A DNA stretch of 64,000 nucleotides from Deltaproteobacteria bacterium (GTDB lineage: Archaea > Thermoplasmatota > Poseidoniia > Poseidoniales > Poseidoniaceae), in contig JAOMAZ010000002.1 in the NCBI GenBank assembly GCA_028344335.1, forward strand, positions 380 to 64,379, read 5' to 3'. The translations under genes were made by a program, and so were the position numbers. This document shows positions 18,901 through 27,326 of the stretch, one piece after another. The notes below the pieces were generated by a model. It did not search any database and was not told the origin of the DNA. It saw only the letters and a list, made by a program, of their open reading frames with translations. Every line of letters starts with the position of its first letter. Position 1 is the stretch's first letter.

Positions 18901-21366
18901 AATACAATCCGTGTAGTTCTTGATGGAAATAGCCCATTGCTGATGTCAGCGAGCCCTATGGACGGCTCCCAAATGCACAAAGGTTCTCCAGATCAGGCTA
19001 TTGAAATCATTATCCAAGATAGTGTAGAGCCTCCAACAAACATCCAGTTGCATTATTGGTTGGGTTGTAAATCGAGGCACGAAACTTGCTCAGACACCAA
19101 TTTCAACAATTTACCGGATGCATTGGAATACAGAACGCTCACCTTGACATCCCCAGAAGTCAGAACAGGTGGGATCAACATCTTTGAGGGTTCGATAGAT
19201 GACAGTATGCTAATTCATGGTGAGAAAGTAGTCTTCCACGTAACTGGAATAGATGCACAAGGGAATTCAGTCGCCATGGGCGGGGCTAGTGTTTGTCTAG
19301 ATTCTACAGGTACTGTTTGCGGCTCACAATTTGGGCAGAATCCCCCTGATTGGGATGCAGCACTAGTAGTCTATACCATTAGAGAAGAATTCGAGCCGGA
19401 ATTATCTCCTGAAAATTCCACCATAGTAGGCCACGATGACAAGGCACCTTTACACCCTGGAATTCCATATAATTTAGTTCTGCAAATTGGCGACATGAAT
19501 GGTTGGAGAGATATTGATTCTGTCCAGGTCGCTTTAGCTGGAGATTTTGATGACGAAGAAACCACCATTAGTATCGACATCTTTGAAGGAGAGATGGGCC
19601 AAGTAGATATGACTCTTCACTCTGGAGGTGAGGGCCTTGCAGTTAGTAATCTGTATAGCCTAATAGTAGAAGATATAGAGAATTCTTCTCGAGTTTTCAT
19701 CAACATAAGATTCCAGTTAACTTGGTTATTCCCTGAAGTCTGGGATACTGATGGAGAATCCCATTTTATTCCCAAATTAAAGGTTGAGGACTTACCTTGT
19801 GGTCTTGAATTGAATGTTCCATGTAATGAAGTTAGAGTTGGAATGGGTAATGATTTATGGAGTCTTGATAACGACCTGAGGTTTGATCTTGAACAAGGCC
19901 ACATGAGAGCGGTTGAACTGCGTAATGGAATCGATCATTTTAATGAAGAAGGAGATGCCACTCTCATTGGCTCAGGACAAGCTTTGCGTTTTTCTGGAAA
20001 GGTACTATTCAGTGAAGATTCGATTTCTGCTCCAGCAGGCGCTTTCGATATAGTGCTTGGTGACTTAGAGCACCAATGGCGCACATCACCTCGAGAAGGT
20101 GGTTATTTCACAATGGATATGTTAGTTCCAGAGGTAAGGAGTGGCCATCTTGACTTGATGGTAACGATGGAAGACATGCCTGGCCTTGCAACTGATGAAA
20201 CAGCAATGGATGTGCGATTGAGGCTGGAAGTTGATCACCAAAAACCTGTTATTGAAGATATTTCCATTGCTGGAATAAGTAGTTCAAATTACATCCCTCT
20301 CAATAGCGCATCACAAGCGAGAGTTGTCCTATCGACAAGCGATGACCATGGTTTTGATTTGAACAATCATCCAACGTTACACTATGTGATTAGAGCCGGT
20401 GCAAGTGAGGTAAGCCGAGGAAGTCTACCACTATCACAAGGAAATGATTTGGACGGCGAGGTATTTTGGAGTGCGGACCTTGATTTGACTGATGCAGGAG
20501 CAACGCAAATCCTACCGACCTATGCACTCGACACATGGATAACTGGTTCTGATGCAAGTGGTAATCCTTTTGATGCCAATGGAAATACAGAATCTTACCC
20601 TGTTGCCTCATTCCTTTTCACAAGAACTGGTCCGCTTCTAGACTTGATGGCAGAAGATACTACCATCTCATGGAGCGACCCAAGTCCCGCCCCTGGTGAT
20701 GTCGTTAGCCTTGAAGTTCATGGATTCAATAGTGTTCCACAAATTGGGGACTTGAGATTTACTTTGGAAAGAAAAGTAGCAGGTGAGTGGATTGAAGTTT
20801 CCATGCGTAATACAACCGTTAAAGGTGTAAGTGAAATGCATATTATTTTGGAATATGCTGTACCATTAGATGCAGAGGAGACCCTTGAATTCAGAGTTAG
20901 AGAATTTGATGAATTATTTGAACTAGACCGGCGTAGCACTTCCCCACTGACTATTGAAAAAGATGTTCAACGAGATGGAGATGCATTAGCGAATCAAGTA
21001 TCTAGCTCGGGATTGAGTGTCATTCTCTATCTTGTTGCCTTAGCATCCACCGTATTTGGAATCTGGATGATGGTTCTTTATCGTGAATCAGTTAGAGTTG
21101 ATGAAGATGAACAACTTGACCAAACCAGTGATGTGATGGATAACTTAGAAGTGAAAAAAGATCTGCCAAGTCTTGAATCTTCATCCCCCCCTCCTCCCAA
21201 TATGTCGGCGCCATTACCACTAGGAGAGCCCGTTCCAGTTTTACCTCCAGCACAAAGCCATCAAGGAGTGGCTCCAGTACCAACTGAGGGCTTGCCACCT
21301 GGTTGGACTCCGGAACAGTGGGGACATTATGGCTGGACTTGGCTTGAGCAGCAGGGGCGGGCCTGA
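15925..21366 (+). CDS. Giant (1813 aa) surface protein with Asp-box/BNR motifs, C-terminal TM anchor and conserved cytoplasmic tail
   Basis: The N-terminal signal/anchor is KKSALAFSLVVLMIISIGTPLLSLIPAVEAGSG. Asp-boxes are SSDNGTHWE and SNDNGSNWD. The TM is GLSVILYLVALASTVFGIWMMVLY. The tail is acidic, then Pro-rich, then GLPPGWTPEQWGHYGWTWLEQQGRA. Confidence 0.8.
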   Translation: MALDRMIQSPSHYRRQQGGVSVDGNKKSALAFSLVVLMIISIGTPLLSLIPAVEAGSGSVRHIYTFSDGSVEATALYQGSSPDATNSITIPKGAEVTDIEMTLQGASATGWSQVESLDRSDWMKGDDNNIDKRSDILTLGLDSPSIELEGHDPMENYDLNNTAWRDNGSFALRQPNTGNVSESLFVPQSQVSGNSFMAQGQGAILKNHGWLFMSTWSGTNFENMVKRLWPNNGSVESTITLDKASCTLPSLPTSTYYASYGFRDWTVAPGEKMFGIFSSYRYHYGSTAPVQYHRVLEFDIRYDDIWTCLDSYDISPQFSDYTGIGYDRVEDSIWVAHGSQRRLVSYEFEGGGQFNRGSTMYTFSTTSSGIQDCGKSGGFVRGLAVHDDMFWMRCKKGSSSWSTTDTLNAWAVPSSGTQLIGQSSTRDINQLGYGLTYDGERLHTVDCGYYSWGGSTLFYRQFGSGIAYPSTPAPGTSTWLSEPITSEENILAVNMQTHWSAPSTGDRVDFWVSSDNGTHWESVESNTTIHLSNPGKILLWKARLIGSSAVSWWVSLEYATAYMTTGSWTSPTTPTGTEIGLVRPIWTSDVPSETTLKVFVSNDNGSNWDEVPSDTDWSFTSNGSHLRYSIMLETSDNTITPSIDQFILRYQEAFPNKVRLDIGDDNTWDWWGLSFLSQGVSVIASDSSVVGEEVVNQPSMVSALNAHIPANGIGSVDIPIAIRAEESGRVKLTNLDVSYRMMSRVLDASLDGNTLAPDGDWRTLEVRIARGDEADRIMSVSTTLENSHGSSPVLFWQLGDACSTLNDGDGIFEFDAGNCSSFDNQYGVKTIRMPIRVNWSWDDEVDMQALVTVDDDIGRAVTNWQTESLNLRVENDIQLDGLRVHDATGRELLNFDWMRGGENITFSGGIHFEGTSISPGAGEFIIQISGQNLTPDGDPDGSSVILYEEPNPSHGEYNLTFIAPMESTQGGMLFQVAVVNTSIGSSFANPYYNTIRVVLDGNSPLLMSASPMDGSQMHKGSPDQAIEIIIQDSVEPPTNIQLHYWLGCKSRHETCSDTNFNNLPDALEYRTLTLTSPEVRTGGINIFEGSIDDSMLIHGEKVVFHVTGIDAQGNSVAMGGASVCLDSTGTVCGSQFGQNPPDWDAALVVYTIREEFEPELSPENSTIVGHDDKAPLHPGIPYNLVLQIGDMNGWRDIDSVQVALAGDFDDEETTISIDIFEGEMGQVDMTLHSGGEGLAVSNLYSLIVEDIENSSRVFINIRFQLTWLFPEVWDTDGESHFIPKLKVEDLPCGLELNVPCNEVRVGMGNDLWSLDNDLRFDLEQGHMRAVELRNGIDHFNEEGDATLIGSGQALRFSGKVLFSEDSISAPAGAFDIVLGDLEHQWRTSPREGGYFTMDMLVPEVRSGHLDLMVTMEDMPGLATDETAMDVRLRLEVDHQKPVIEDISIAGISSSNYIPLNSASQARVVLSTSDDHGFDLNNHPTLHYVIRAGASEVSRGSLPLSQGNDLDGEVFWSADLDLTDAGATQILPTYALDTWITGSDASGNPFDANGNTESYPVASFLFTRTGPLLDLMAEDTTISWSDPSPAPGDVVSLEVHGFNSVPQIGDLRFTLERKVAGEWIEVSMRNTTVKGVSEMHIILEYAVPLDAEETLEFRVREFDELFELDRRSTSPLTIEKDVQRDGDALANQVSSSGLSVILYLVALASTVFGIWMMVLYRESVRVDEDEQLDQTSDVMDNLEVKKDLPSLESSSPPPPNMSAPLPLGEPVPVLPPAQSHQGVAPVPTEGLPPGWTPEQWGHYGWTWLEQQGRA

Positions 21367-21393
21367 GTGCAAACTCCAAGTAATGAAGAAAAA

Positions 21394-21816
21394 ATGACAA
21401 ATTTGCACGAGCGAATCGTGCACATGGTCAGACAATTAAATATCCCAGTTGTAGAAGTTAGTCTCGTTCTGTCAAAATACATCCGAGTATTAATAGACAC
21501 ATTACAGGCAAAGGCAATCGAGTTAAATGAAGAATTACCTCCACGTCTAATGCACTCATGGCCCTTGGAAGAGGAGATACAAACTCAATCCAAAGATTTT
21601 GATTTTGATTTAGAAAAAGTCTTGTCGCTTGTAGATGCTGATAGAATGGATATTCTTGATACATTAATTAGAACTACAATTAATGATGAAAAATTGGTGC
21701 TTACTGATTCTCTCTTATTGATGAGGCAATGGGAAAAGGATGTACGGCAACGCCTTGCCCTAGTTGAGTCGCCTGGACAATTATTTTCACCGATGGAGCT
21801 CTCAGAGGATCATTGA
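21394..21816 (+). CDS. Hypothetical small acidic protein
   Basis: The ORF directly abuts the preceding stop. ATG at 21394 (MTNLHERIVHMV) is preferred over GTG at 21367. I recognise no motif. Confidence 0.4.
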   Translation: MTNLHERIVHMVRQLNIPVVEVSLVLSKYIRVLIDTLQAKAIELNEELPPRLMHSWPLEEEIQTQSKDFDFDLEKVLSLVDADRMDILDTLIRTTINDEKLVLTDSLLLMRQWEKDVRQRLALVESPGQLFSPMELSEDH

Positions 21817-21867
21817 GTGAAATCACCTATGGGCCAAGTTGAAGAAGTCCTTGCTCTTGCTCATTTC

Positions 21868-22665
21868 ATGCGCCTGCGTGTATTGAGCATCAGTATATCG
21901 CTGCTTTTGGCTAGTTTCTCCGGCTGCATAGGTGATATGGGTGATGGAGGATTATTCGGTAGCGATGAAGAAGATGAGTTATTCGGTATACCCGGTGGGT
22001 TGACTTTAGCCTGTCTACAAAGTTCTAAATTCACCAATATGATGATTGAAATTGATTATACTGAGGGCTATGAGCCTCAATCTCAGACCCTTTCTACTTT
22101 AAAATCACGAATTGAAAGCGTTTGTGATAAACCCGGTGGAGTGACCATAAAAACAACCCAAACTGATTTCGGTCATGGCGATATTTGGAGTCCGGATGAT
22201 GTCAGAGAGATTGGACGTGATACTAGGGAAACCCAGCCCCAAGATGGCTCCACTTTACGCTGGCACCTTCTTTTTCCCAATGGCTCCTATGAGGAAAGTG
22301 GCGTTCTTGGAGTAGCAGTAGATGCATCAACTGCAGCAATCTTCTTGGATGATGTTCGAGATGCTGAAGGGCTATTTGGTCGGCCGAGCGCAGAAGCAAT
22401 AGAAAACGCAGTTACAGTTCATGAGGTAGGGCATCTTTTGGGTTTGGTTAATTTAGTCTATACTTCACCTGCAGATCATGAAGACTCAGACCATCCTGGC
22501 CATTCTAACAATGAGAATAGTGTCATGTATTGGGCCATTGAATCTGGAGACTTTAGTAGTTTTTTCGAGAATGACGTACCCGATGACTTTGACTCAGATG
22601 ATAGAGCAGACTTGGCTGCTATTGCTGCAGGTGATTTAGAAGTTGTTGAACAACTTTGGTCATAA
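21868..22665 (+). CDS. Secreted zinc metalloprotease (metzincin-like) with lipobox-like signal peptide
   Basis: The leader is MRLRVLSISISLLLASFSGC. The motif HEVGHLLGL (HExxHxxG, 22420-22434) is followed by SVMYW, a candidate Met-turn. Confidence 0.7.
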   Translation: MRLRVLSISISLLLASFSGCIGDMGDGGLFGSDEEDELFGIPGGLTLACLQSSKFTNMMIEIDYTEGYEPQSQTLSTLKSRIESVCDKPGGVTIKTTQTDFGHGDIWSPDDVREIGRDTRETQPQDGSTLRWHLLFPNGSYEESGVLGVAVDASTAAIFLDDVRDAEGLFGRPSAEAIENAVTVHEVGHLLGLVNLVYTSPADHEDSDHPGHSNNENSVMYWAIESGDFSSFFENDVPDDFDSDDRADLAAIAAGDLEVVEQLWS

Positions 22666-23019
22666 TCAAATTCCCAGATGCTTGTTTCTCTTTTTGACAA
22701 CCTTTGCATTAGCAACTTGCCAAGCATCAATGATTGACCAGCCCCACAATCCTATCCAAAGGATGACTGTGAAAGAGAGAGGAACCTGAATCAAAGTCCA
22801 ATCAACTGCTTTTTGATGTTCGCGGTTGAAATGCTGTCCGAGGAAAAGCAATGGAACTGCAGCAAGTATAATCGCAATCAAAGGCCTCATTGAGCCCCAC
22901 ACACCTACTCCTGCAGTTAACTCTCGCCAAATTACCTTGCCAATACCTAACTTTCGTGCCTCTTGATGGGGTGCAAGTTGGATGACGATTTCTTCTTCGC
23001 TCAACACTAAACACCTCAA
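22666..23019 (-). CDS. Hypothetical membrane protein
   Basis: It has two hydrophobic helices. Its start overlaps the upstream gene's stop by 4 nt. Confidence 0.45.
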   Translation of the reverse strand: MRCLVLSEEEIVIQLAPHQEARKLGIGKVIWRELTAGVGVWGSMRPLIAIILAAVPLLFLGQHFNREHQKAVDWTLIQVPLSFTVILWIGLWGWSIIDAWQVANAKVVKKRNKHLGI

Positions 23020-23585
23020 TATCTATCGTGGAAACTAACGATTCCGGATTCTTTACCTGCAAGTCGTTTCCACATGATTGCCAAAATCAACAATCCTGTT
23101 GCAAGTACTCCAACCACATATTCGAAAGGTACGCCAGTTCGGTTTTCAAGGCCGTGGTTAATTGAACTAAACCTCCAAGCCACAATTGCTGCCAATATTG
23201 CGGCCAAGAATAGAGTGTATACACGGCGGTTAACAGCAGATTTTGACATGTCAGCCATATCTTTTGGAGTCATTTCCATTCCCAGCACGGCTCTCAACCA
23301 CAGTGGAAGTAAGCGTTTGAAGTCATTAATTGATTGAGAGCAAAGCCATAGCCCGAGACCTGGGCCAAATAGTAACCAATCTATTTTTGTCCAATTCCAA
23401 TCCATTGGATTAAATTTCCCACCCCAAATAGATGAGATAGCGAAGAAAATTGAAACACCTGCAATGGAATAAAGCATCACATCAGCGATTATCATCCCCA
23501 AGTCAGCACTCTCTTCTCCGCTGTCATCGCGGAAGTGGCTACTTGAATCCGCCATCGCCATTTGCTCAAGTTGCCAGTCGTCCAT
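23016..23585 (-). CDS. Hypothetical polytopic membrane protein
   Basis: An acidic N-terminus is followed by about 4 hydrophobic helices. It is translationally coupled to the downstream membrane ORF. Confidence 0.5.
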   Translation of the reverse strand: MDDWQLEQMAMADSSSHFRDDSGEESADLGMIIADVMLYSIAGVSIFFAISSIWGGKFNPMDWNWTKIDWLLFGPGLGLWLCSQSINDFKRLLPLWLRAVLGMEMTPKDMADMSKSAVNRRVYTLFLAAILAAIVAWRFSSINHGLENRTGVPFEYVVGVLATGLLILAIMWKRLAGKESGIVSFHDRY

Positions 23586-23647
23586 CGGCTTGCCTCCTAC
23601 CTTGTTACATAATGCTCTTGTGGCTAATTGCCCGCCAACAGTCGTAG

Positions 23648-24721
23648 ATGGTGGATGATATGCGCCGGCGGAAGGTATTGCTAACAGGATTTCCTGCTTT
23701 TGGGGGGATGTCCAATAATATTAGTGAGGATGTTATCAAAGAATTATCAGGAGTAGGTCGCTCCAAGGTATCATTGAGGGAAAGGCCCAGAGTTGATGAT
23801 GGTGGAAATGTACTATCAACAGCAATGCCAATCGTTGAAATTGAGTGGCAGACCGAGTTATTGACTTGTGATGAAGCAGGTTCATCGCAGATTGCTAATT
23901 CACTGAAAGACAATGATGCTGATGCAATACTACACCTTGGCTTATGTACTTCATGCAACACTCCTAGAATCGAAACTCAGGCAAGAAATATCTTGGAGAT
24001 GCGAATCGCCGACAATGCTGGAAGAAAAATCAGTGCAAGTGAAATAATAATCAATGGCCAACAGTTTATCCATAGTTCATCACCATTGAACCGTTTTCCA
24101 AATGACTTATTTTCAACGAAACTTGAACAATCAGATGATGCAGGTTCATTTGTTTGTAATGAAACCTACTATCGCACTTTATCTGCGATTAATTTCAATG
24201 ATAAAAAGGATCATTTTGGTAGAAAACTACCATGCTTATTCCTGCATCTTCCAGATTATGACAAGGTGGAACTTAGTGAGGTAGTACGATTGGTTGAAGA
24301 AATTGGCGCATGGCTTTGTGAAAAACCGCGGATTGTGGTAGCATGTTCGGTACTTGAAGGAATAGATGGCAGATATATTAGTTGTAGGCGCTCACCCGAA
24401 GAATCTTTTTCTGGAATGTGGGAATTTGCTGGCGGAAAGGTGGAGAAGGGAGAATCCATTCATGATGCTTTGATTCGTGAAATAGATGAGGAATTAGGTG
24501 TCGAGATTGAAGTAATAGGTGCATTAGCAAAACATGTACATGAAATGGCCCATCTTGAGATTGAATTACATGCATGGCATTGTAAAATAATTTCAGGCCA
24601 ACCACGACTTGTTGTTCATGACAAATTACGCTGGCTGAAAGTAGAAGATTTCCTAAATGAGGAATGGATAGATGCAGATTTGCCGATGATATCAAAAATT
24701 CAGAAACTACTCCTTAGTTGA
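23648..24721 (+). CDS. Fusion protein: peptidase C15 (pyroglutamyl peptidase I-like) domain plus Nudix (MutT-like) hydrolase domain
   Basis: The N-terminal VLLTGFPAFGG, the Glu in PRIETQARN, the Cys in DAGSFVCNETYY (codon 24155-24157) and the His in LFLHLP match the C15 triad context. The C-terminal Nudix box is GMWEFAGGKVEKGESIHDALIREIDEELGV (24413-24502). Confidence 0.8.
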   Translation: MVDDMRRRKVLLTGFPAFGGMSNNISEDVIKELSGVGRSKVSLRERPRVDDGGNVLSTAMPIVEIEWQTELLTCDEAGSSQIANSLKDNDADAILHLGLCTSCNTPRIETQARNILEMRIADNAGRKISASEIIINGQQFIHSSSPLNRFPNDLFSTKLEQSDDAGSFVCNETYYRTLSAINFNDKKDHFGRKLPCLFLHLPDYDKVELSEVVRLVEEIGAWLCEKPRIVVACSVLEGIDGRYISCRRSPEESFSGMWEFAGGKVEKGESIHDALIREIDEELGVEIEVIGALAKHVHEMAHLEIELHAWHCKIISGQPRLVVHDKLRWLKVEDFLNEEWIDADLPMISKIQKLLLS

Positions 24722-25244
24722 ACCATTCTCTAAGCCGCCCATCTTTGCTCATTGTATTTTCATCGCCAATTTGTCTTGGCACATCTTCCCTCCCGCGGTG
24801 CCAAGTTGCTTCTTGCAGCCAAGCTTTGAGATATTCGCATTGAAGTGAAATAATGAACGTCCCACCTAATGGATTTTCTCCAAGCAAACAAAAGGAGATT
24901 TTCTCATTGATTGCTGCTTGCCTTGATAACTCAAAGGTAGTTTTCTTGCCTTGCAATTTTTGGCTCATAGCATCCAAGGCAGTATCGAGGACTCTATCTT
25001 GGTGAATTTTATGGAGAAAATGTTCTAAGTTCAAATCAGAAAAGGACCACGTAATTTCATCTCTCTTGTTTGGAAAGCGGCTGTTTTGAAAATCCAATCC
25101 ATCTGGTGAAATATCAGGAAAAATATTTTGAAGGGCTGAAAATACTGTTTCAGGAACATCAGCAGCGCTGAGTTTGGTTGTGCACGATACCCTCACCTCT
25201 TGGCTGTCCATGACACCTGCCATGCAGGGGGATTCATCAACCAT
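24714..25244 (-). CDS. Hypothetical protein, possibly UPF0201/DUF54-type archaeal RNA-binding protein
   Basis: There is weak remembered similarity (VRVSCTTKLSAADVPETVFSALQNIFPD; LSRQAAINEKISFCLL-ENPLGG-FIISL). The start is uncertain, with several in-frame Met codons. Confidence 0.4.
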   Translation of the reverse strand: MVDESPCMAGVMDSQEVRVSCTTKLSAADVPETVFSALQNIFPDISPDGLDFQNSRFPNKRDEITWSFSDLNLEHFLHKIHQDRVLDTALDAMSQKLQGKKTTFELSRQAAINEKISFCLLGENPLGGTFIISLQCEYLKAWLQEATWHRGREDVPRQIGDENTMSKDGRLREWFN

Positions 25245-25262
25245 GCGCCCAACAGCCCTTCC

Positions 25263-26285
25263 ATGAGTGTCGAGGTGGCCCCAATGGTAGCCTCTGTCAT
25301 TCCAACCTTCAATGAGGAAAAATGGATCGGTCGGTGCCTCGATTCATTACTTGCCCAAACCCACCCTTCATCACGACATATCATTCACGTCGTTGATGGA
25401 GGAAGTACAGATAATACTCTAAATATTGTTAGGTCGAAGATGAAGGAAGGTGCAAAAATCGTTCTAATCAACAACCCCGAAAAAAGAGTTCCTCAGGCTA
25501 GAAATTTGAGTCTAGCAGCATTGGAGGAGGAGGTAGAGTTTGTCTTCGAAGTTAATGGTCATGGGTGGGTGCCAGTTGACCACTTGGAAAAGAGGATTTC
25601 TGATCTTCGAGATATTGAATCTGAACTGGCAAAGAAGGTAGGTGGAGTAGGCTGTCTGGTAGTACCTGCGGAGGATGAAGGAAGGACCATGATGGGAGAT
25701 TGGATTGAATCTACATTATCCTGCCCTCTAGGGAGCGGAGGGGGGCAATTTGCTCGCTTTAAAGGGCGACATCCACATAATGTGCCAGCATTTGTTTTAC
25801 ACAGAAAGGAGGCTTTACTTGAGGCCGGTGGCTGGGATGAAGGACTTCCAACCAATCAAGATTCAGACTTGAGTATGCGCCTCATCAAAGCAGGTTGGCC
25901 GCTTTGGCGCTCTGATGCTAGTAGTTTTGAAATGGTCAAACGAAGAAGTTTGTTGGGCTTTATGAAAATGTGCCGCCGCTACGGGTTTTGGAGGACTAAA
26001 ACATTGAAAAAGCACAAAAATAGGGTAAATCCAAAGGAGTTTCTACCTATTATGGGACTATTACTCACTGTGGCATTATTTGCTACTCAAAGCGATTATC
26101 GCTATTATCCCCTCCTCATTTATGCAGTTGCAGTTAGCCTAGTTGGTTTGTATGAAGCTATGAAGTTTAGAAAGCCGACTTTATTGATTGGTGTTCCATT
26201 ATTACTACTAATTCTACATACTCAATTCAGTATTGGAATGGTAGAAGGAGTCTTTCGAAAGCAACAGGAACTTGTGGATAGATGA
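25263..26285 (+). CDS. Family 2 glycosyltransferase with C-terminal transmembrane segments
   Basis: ASVIPTFNEEKWIGRCLDSLLAQT is a typical GT2 N-terminus. DGGSTD and a DxD-like QDSD are present, with 3-4 C-terminal TM helices. ATG 25263 avoids overlap with the divergent gene. Confidence 0.8.
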   Translation: MSVEVAPMVASVIPTFNEEKWIGRCLDSLLAQTHPSSRHIIHVVDGGSTDNTLNIVRSKMKEGAKIVLINNPEKRVPQARNLSLAALEEEVEFVFEVNGHGWVPVDHLEKRISDLRDIESELAKKVGGVGCLVVPAEDEGRTMMGDWIESTLSCPLGSGGGQFARFKGRHPHNVPAFVLHRKEALLEAGGWDEGLPTNQDSDLSMRLIKAGWPLWRSDASSFEMVKRRSLLGFMKMCRRYGFWRTKTLKKHKNRVNPKEFLPIMGLLLTVALFATQSDYRYYPLLIYAVAVSLVGLYEAMKFRKPTLLIGVPLLLLILHTQFSIGMVEGVFRKQQELVDR

Positions 26286-26335
26286 TGTACAGTTGATGAC
26301 AACCTTCAACAGTGAATTGAATTGGGGAGGAATCC

Positions 26336-27265
26336 ATGGCAGATGAAAAGAATCCGATGACTGGGTGGATTATTTTTCTTCTTCCAGTATTTTTCCTCTT
26401 TCTACTTTCAAGTTTAATCGAACCGGTGCGTTTGGCATTTAGAGATCATATGTGGGCTCCTTGGGTTTCCTATTCTGGTGCTTTAGTAATTGGTTGGATT
26501 GCAAGGTCCCGATTGTCGGTCAAGAAAGACCATGAATGGCAGAGGAGCAAAGCAATCAAACAGTTAAACAAACATTATGGTAAGGAAGAAAAAGGCTTGT
26601 GGCAAAAGGATACTGAAATCTCCACTGACCTTAGTGTTGAAGCTCAGGCAGTCATTCAGGGAAGAATTGGAAAATTAATGAACACAAAGGAAACTGAGGA
26701 GATATCTCGCGATAAAGTTGATGGCTCAGTGGAAATAAATCTTCTAATTGATGAGGATCATGTTTCCAAAGCAACACGCAGGGTTTCAGGAGACGAAAAC
26801 TTTGATGATGAGCAAATTCAATCTACAATTGGCACAGTTCGCCGGCGTAGTACCATGGATCGTTTCTTTGATTGGATAGCCAAGCGTTTCCGCAATCAGG
26901 ACTCTCAATCGATTCGTGAACAAACCAAGCATGCGACCCTTTCAGCAAGAGCAGACCAATCCCCTGTACAGAATGTCAACCTTTCTGAAGTGCATCAAAA
27001 GAATGTTGTAGCAAGGTTGGAATCTGAAACAGAAACAATTCCTGATGCTCCAATTAAATCTAAAGTCCCAGAAGTAAAACAAGCGGAGGAGACTATTGCC
27101 ACACCTAGACAACCACGGGAATTATCAATTGAAGAAATGGCTGGTATGGGTCAAGGTAATGCCCAACAGATACAATCAACATTTTCTGGTAATAAATGCC
27201 CTGCTTGTGGCCAGGGTTATGCAGCAAGTAGTCGTTTTTGCGAAAATTGTGGCAGCGATCTTTGA
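26336..27265 (+). CDS. Membrane protein with disordered linker and C-terminal zinc ribbon
   Basis: Two N-terminal TM helices are present. The C-terminal motif is CPACGQGYAASSRFCENCG. Confidence 0.55.
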   Translation: MADEKNPMTGWIIFLLPVFFLFLLSSLIEPVRLAFRDHMWAPWVSYSGALVIGWIARSRLSVKKDHEWQRSKAIKQLNKHYGKEEKGLWQKDTEISTDLSVEAQAVIQGRIGKLMNTKETEEISRDKVDGSVEINLLIDEDHVSKATRRVSGDENFDDEQIQSTIGTVRRRSTMDRFFDWIAKRFRNQDSQSIREQTKHATLSARADQSPVQNVNLSEVHQKNVVARLESETETIPDAPIKSKVPEVKQAEETIATPRQPRELSIEEMAGMGQGNAQQIQSTFSGNKCPACGQGYAASSRFCENCGSDL

Positions 27266-27326
27266 GCCTTGACAGGCGCTCGATTCTTATGATGCGGGTG
27301 GACCGGCCACTTTAGAGGCGAGCGGA

